Source: Coraliomargarita sp. (lineage in GTDB: Bacteria > Verrucomicrobiota > Verrucomicrobiia > Opitutales > Coraliomargaritaceae). From it: 64,000 bases of DNA. The notes below the pieces were generated by a model. It was not told where the DNA came from. It made no database searches and was given only the letters and a program-made list of their open reading frames with translations. The stretch is taken from NCBI GenBank assembly GCA_002699365.1, contig PAAN01000021.1, forward strand, positions 6,416-70,415, read 5' to 3'. Both the position numbers and the translations under genes were made by a program. This document shows positions 59,618-64,000 of this stretch, piece by piece; position 1 is the stretch's first letter; every line of letters begins with the position of its first letter.

Positions 59618-60772
59618 TTATTTGTAGTGAAATACTAACTGCATCGATTTTTCATTTCCAAAGACTTGGATCATTTGCTGCGTCCACTTACGAAAAGGTG
59701 AACGCTTAGAAATTGCATTCTCGCAAATGATTGTAGCGATCTCACCCGCGCTGGAGTAAAGAGTCTCTAGTTCTTTAATACTGCCGTTAGCAAGCAAAGT
59801 AAATCGTATCTGAACACGTGCGGCAGTATCAATTGGTTGAAAAAAATCAATTTCTTGATACCACCCACTTTGGATAGCCGCGTAGAACTGTTGCTGGTAC
59901 TCACCGAATTCACTAAAAGTTGAATCAATAGCTAGTGTACCTCGCCGCGCTGCAGATCCAGCAGTAGCCATAAGGGGGCCATGTAATAGTTCTGGAGACA
60001 AACGCGGCCTAGTTCGAGGTAAGGCCCTAACGCCAGGACGACCATTGCTAGTAGATATAGACTTACTGTCTAGATCTGTACTAGAACTTAATGAATGGCG
60101 ATACACATCTATTCGTGGATTTTTCTTACTCTCGGAATTCAAAAATTGATCCGCCTTCGATAAGCGAACAAGTCCACTGCCATTATCCTCAAAAAGAGTT
60201 GAATCCTTGTGTAAAAAATTTGGCTTATTAGAGGCCTGCGCATTTGAAAATTCTTGTGCACTACTATTTTTATCAGGAACGTATTGTTGACTAGTCTGCG
60301 CATTATCTTGGCCCTTTTTATATTGATAATAGCCAGATTGAATAGGTAATAGATCGGTCGACTGTCCCTGTATTATTTTTTGGCTATTGTGACTGCCTTC
60401 AACTTTGGGGGCATTCTGGAGATTAGATTTTGGGTCATTATCAGCTGCTTGTTGATTACGGTAGGAGTATTGGTTGCTATTATCAGGGACATTTTCTGCT
60501 ATATCTGGGTTTGCCTCAACAAATCTAAGATCATCTTGCGAGGGCTCTATAAGCTCTACTTCAAATATCGTTTTTTTCTCTAGAATTTTGCTCATTGCAA
60601 TAACATCACGAAAGCACTCTAAGCCTATTATATGTAAAATTGTTCCAGCGATAAAACTAATTAAGAACGCACTAATCTTTTTTTCAGAATCACCGCTTAC
60701 TAAAGATCGAATACATGAAACTGGTAGTTTATTGTGCAAAATTAAAATTTTGTTGATTGAAAATTTTTGCAA
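59618..60772 (-). CDS. membrane-anchored protein with a low-complexity linker and a TonB-C-like terminal domain
   Basis: 384 aa; one TM helix, a long Q/N/S/P-rich spacer, and a C-terminal ~90 aa resembling TonB_C (…ARVQIRFTLLANGSIKELETL…). The start is uncertain because it overlaps the maf 3' end. Confidence 0.45.
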   Translation of the reverse strand: MQKFSINKILILHNKLPVSCIRSLVSGDSEKKISAFLISFIAGTILHIIGLECFRDVIAMSKILEKKTIFEVELIEPSQDDLRFVEANPDIAENVPDNSNQYSYRNQQAADNDPKSNLQNAPKVEGSHNSQKIIQGQSTDLLPIQSGYYQYKKGQDNAQTSQQYVPDKNSSAQEFSNAQASNKPNFLHKDSTLFEDNGSGLVRLSKADQFLNSESKKNPRIDVYRHSLSSSTDLDSKSISTSNGRPGVRALPRTRPRLSPELLHGPLMATAGSAARRGTLAIDSTFSEFGEYQQQFYAAIQSGWYQEIDFFQPIDTAARVQIRFTLLANGSIKELETLYSSAGEIATIICENAISKRSPFRKWTQQMIQVFGNEKSMQLVFHYK

Positions 60773-61322
60773 GACTCTGTGTCGGAAGTCCCATAACGTT
60801 TTCGATGGAACCTTCGACAGATTTAATAATTAAATCGCGACCAGCCTGTATTCCATAAGAACCAGCCTTATCCAGCGGATTCACTATTGTAAAATAGTGG
60901 TCAATGGTAGCTAAATCTAGATCTTTAAAGTGTACACGACTACTTTCATAAAACTCATGTATGAAATTTCCATTTAGCCAGCGCAGGGCAACAGCGGTAA
61001 AAACAGTATGATGACGACCAGATAATTGCTGGAGCATCTTACGGGCTGAAGGAATGTCTGAAGGTTTTCCTAAAGCGATACCATCAAGAGCAACAGTTGT
61101 ATCTGAGCCTACAACCAAAGCATCTTTAAAGCGGGCACTTGTTAGTGAATCTGCCTTTAAGCGTGCATTTTTAAGAACCATTTGCTCTGGTCCATTATCG
61201 AATAGATCACACTCTTCAGTTGCCGGGGAACATACCTGAAACTTTAATCCCATTCGACGGAGTAACTCACTGCGCCTAGGAGAGGTCGATGCTAGCAGTA
61301 AATAAGATGGATGTAGTTGCAT
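60729..61322 (-). CDS. maf: Maf-family nucleoside triphosphate pyrophosphatase
   Basis: 197 aa; LASTSPRR...L...GSDT...KAGSYGIQ motifs. Confidence 0.85.
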   Translation of the reverse strand: MQLHPSYLLLASTSPRRSELLRRMGLKFQVCSPATEECDLFDNGPEQMVLKNARLKADSLTSARFKDALVVGSDTTVALDGIALGKPSDIPSARKMLQQLSGRHHTVFTAVALRWLNGNFIHEFYESSRVHFKDLDLATIDHYFTIVNPLDKAGSYGIQAGRDLIIKSVEGSIENVMGLPTQSLAKIFNQQNFNFAQ

Positions 61323-61464
61323 AAAAGATCACAAAAAAAGAGTGCGATTATATATAGATAAGAACTTTTACTGTATCTATCAACAACGCCATATTATTTA
61401 TATAATTAATTATAAAAAGATTTTGTAGGTGAGCTTGCATCCAAGCTCAAAAACGAGATTATAA

Positions 61465-63123
61465 ATGTCTATGCAGATTGGAATCGCACAGATCAATACT
61501 ACGGTTGGTGACTTAAGCGGGAATTCACAACTCATCATTGATGCTTACCGTTCATTAGTAAATGAAGGAGCTCAGATTGTTGTTTTTCCAGAATTAGCGC
61601 TCAGTGGATATCCACCTCGTGACTTACTTTTTAAAAGTAGATTTGGTGCCGATACACAACATGCACTCGATCAAATCACTAGTGAAGTAATAGGCTCAGT
61701 ACCAGCAATCATTGGTTATCCTGAAATTCGAATTGAAGCAATTACCGGTAGAGCCTATTTTAATGCAGCTGCTTGGTGTGAATCTGGAAAGATACGCGCC
61801 ATTGCGCGAAAATCACTATTACCATCGTACGATGTATTTGATGAAGATAGGTATTTCGAACCAGCCTCCTCTCCATTAATTTATAATTGGAACGGTAAAC
61901 GCATTGGAATTACTATTTGCGAAGACATATGGGTACCCTCCTCAATGCCTAGTAAGCGTCTCTACCAGAAAGATCCAATCGAAATACTAAGAACTGAAGG
62001 TGTAGAACTATTAATAAATCTGTCAGCAAGCCCATGGCATGCATGTAAATCCCAGAAAAGAGAACAACTTGTCTTAGAGGCAGGCGAGCGCTGTAACTGT
62101 CCTGTAGTCTATTGTAATGCAGTCGGTGGAAATGATGAACTGATTTTTGATGGCGGCAGCATGGTTAGCTGCCCAGAACGTGGAATCATTGGAGGTCTAG
62201 CGAGTTTTCGATCCGATTTATCCATAATCGACATCAGTGAAAAACGCTCAGTTCCAAAATTTGCAGATTCCTACAATCTAGTAGGGAATGCAGCGACTCA
62301 TGATGCTTTGGTTTTAGGGCTTCGCGACTACGCCTTAAAAAGTGGATTTTCTAAAGCACTAATTGGTCTATCTGGTGGTATTGACTCTGCTGTAGTTTGT
62401 GCACTCGCGGTTGAGTCGTTTGGCGCTGAAAATGTAATTGGCGTTGCTCTACCTTCTGCAATATCTAGCGAGCACAGTCGTGATGATGCCGAAAAATTAG
62501 CGAATAAGCTATCTATTACATACCACGAAGTGTCCATTGAAAATACTGTAACTGCATCCGAAGAGGCTTTAACTAATATGTTTAAAGGAAATGCCAGAGA
62601 TGTTACCGAAGAGAATATACAAGCACGCGCACGCGGCCTGTTATTAATGGCAATTTCTAATAAATTTGGAGCTCTACTGCTGACGACCGGTAACAAGAGT
62701 GAAATTTCAGTTGGATATTGCACATTATATGGAGACATGTGTGGAGGTTTAGCAGTTATATCTGACCTACCAAAAATGAAGGTTTACGCACTTGCTAGGT
62801 ACATAAATCGCGAAAAAGAAATTATACCAATTAATACGTTAAATAAAGCACCCTCTGCTGAACTAAGTCTCGATCAAGTAGACCAAGATTCATTACCAGA
62901 GTACCCAATACTTGATGGAATTTTGCAGCTTTATGTCGAAGAAGGTCTTTCAAGAGATGAAATCATTCAACGAGGTTACGATAAATCCATCGTAAATGAT
63001 ATAGTACGGAAAGTTGATCTCAATGAATATAAACGAAAGCAGGCTGCTCCAGGACTCAAAATTACAGCACTTGCATTTGGTGCGGGACGAAGAATACCTA
63101 TAGTCCAAAAGTATGTGAACTAA
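61465..63123 (+). CDS. nadE: glutamine-dependent NAD+ synthetase
   Basis: 552 aa; N-terminal nitrilase/CN-hydrolase domain (ITICEDIW) and C-terminal synthetase with an SGGIDS P-loop. Confidence 0.9.
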   Translation: MSMQIGIAQINTTVGDLSGNSQLIIDAYRSLVNEGAQIVVFPELALSGYPPRDLLFKSRFGADTQHALDQITSEVIGSVPAIIGYPEIRIEAITGRAYFNAAAWCESGKIRAIARKSLLPSYDVFDEDRYFEPASSPLIYNWNGKRIGITICEDIWVPSSMPSKRLYQKDPIEILRTEGVELLINLSASPWHACKSQKREQLVLEAGERCNCPVVYCNAVGGNDELIFDGGSMVSCPERGIIGGLASFRSDLSIIDISEKRSVPKFADSYNLVGNAATHDALVLGLRDYALKSGFSKALIGLSGGIDSAVVCALAVESFGAENVIGVALPSAISSEHSRDDAEKLANKLSITYHEVSIENTVTASEEALTNMFKGNARDVTEENIQARARGLLLMAISNKFGALLLTTGNKSEISVGYCTLYGDMCGGLAVISDLPKMKVYALARYINREKEIIPINTLNKAPSAELSLDQVDQDSLPEYPILDGILQLYVEEGLSRDEIIQRGYDKSIVNDIVRKVDLNEYKRKQAAPGLKITALAFGAGRRIPIVQKYVN

Positions 63124-63173
63124 TTTAATGGCTTATATTTCTGCTCTGCCCGTATCACAAATCTTCTAAGTAA

Positions 63174-64000
63174 ATGAACATCTCAAAAAGTCTTTTCAAG
63201 CGCGCCCAAGATCTCCTACCAGGCGGCGTTAATTCACCGGTACGTGCCTTTCGCTCTGTCGGTGGAAGTCCTTTCTTCACGGAACGCGCGCAAGGCGCAC
63301 ATTTGTTTACTGCAGATGGTAGTCAGCTAATTGATTTTGTCTGTACATGGGGACCATCTATCCACGGTCATAATGACCCGGACATCAGGAACGCCATTAT
63401 TGAAGCACTTGATAAAGGCACTAGTTTCGGTACACCGAATCCTTATGAAGTTCAAATGGCTGAGCTTTTAGTAGATTGTGTTCCGTCACTAGAGAAGTTA
63501 CGCATGTGTAATAGTGGCACAGAGGCAACTATGTCAGCAATTCGTCTTGCTCGAGGGTTCACTGGAAGAGATAAGGTAATCAAATTCACAGGATGCTATC
63601 ACGGACACGTAGATTCCCTCTTAGTAAAAGCAGGCTCCGGAGCATTAACACTTGGACACCCGGACAGCTCTGGAATACCTGCAGGATTTGCAGCTGAAAC
63701 CATAGTACTTGATTATAATGACTCAGCTGCAGTGCAGGCTACATTTAATGAGCAAGGTAGTGATATAGCAGCCATTATAGTCGAGCCCTATCCCGCAAAT
63801 TGCGGACTAATTATGCCAGACACAGGCTATTTAGAATTATTACGTGAACTGTGCACTACACATAATAGCGTGTTAATATTCGATGAAGTAATGACAGGTT
63901 TTCGGGTCGCTTTAGGAGGCGTGCAAGAAATAGTTGGGGTTATGCCCGATCTAACAGCCATGGGGAAAATTATTGGCGGTGGACTACCAGTGGGTGCTTT
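63174..64000 (+). CDS. hemL: glutamate-1-semialdehyde 2,1-aminomutase (5' part, runs off the window)
   Basis: Hand translation from the ATG at 63174 gives [31 protein letters not shown]...[16 protein letters not shown]... and stays open to the window end. It is absent from the ORF track because it has no stop inside the window. Confidence 0.85.
   Translation, partial: MNISKSLFKRAQDLLPGGVNSPVRAFRSVGGSPFFTERAQGAHLFTADGSQLIDFVCTWGPSIHGHNDPDIRNAIIEALDKGTSFGTPNPYEVQMAELLVDCVPSLEKLRMCNSGTEATMSAIRLARGFTGRDKVIKFTGCYHGHVDSLLVKAGSGALTLGHPDSSGIPAGFAAETIVLDYNDSAAVQATFNEQGSDIAAIIVEPYPANCGLIMPDTGYLELLRELCTTHNSVLIFDEVMTGFRVALGGVQEIVGVMPDLTAMGKIIGGGLPVGA

Overview
This window is mostly housekeeping chromosome from a low-GC bacterium. 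I tentatively place it in or near Verrucomicrobiota, because it has two PEP-CTERM sorting-signal proteins, gatCAB, and an SRP-RNA/dnaX pair; that placement is inference only. I can support about 50 protein genes: translation (hisS, typA, lepA, pheST, gatCAB, rsfS), purine synthesis (purF, purH), cofactor synthesis (coaD, nadD, nadE, hemL), sulfur assimilation and Fe-S assembly (cysE, cysI, cysJ, sufS, sufU), envelope and secreted proteins, and a hybrid histidine kinase. I also see one tRNA-Leu(UAG) and a small SRP RNA directly upstream of dnaX. I found no CRISPR array, transposase, integrase or prophage genes. The main thing the gene list does not explain is an ORF-free gap of about 1.3 kb (33717..35026). 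Its right-hand ~975 nt (about 34020..34996, + strand) looks like a large, densely structured non-coding RNA. It has two C(UUCG)G tetraloops, a GNRA hairpin, several 7-8 bp long-range helices, and a strong intrinsic terminator, and I cannot match it to any RNA class I recognise. Secondary observations include an A10 slippery run at the end of dnaX with a -1 frame open for about 135 more codons. There is also a secreted chimera of BspA-type LRRs and a collagen triple helix, and a kinase-like orphan protein. Others are a cation/proton antiporter fused to a PTS EIIA domain, a GT4 plus GH13_18 phosphorylase pair, and a possibly split sensor-kinase. All calls come from reading the sequence and the ORF track. 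No searches or folding were run, and the RNA boundaries are approximate.
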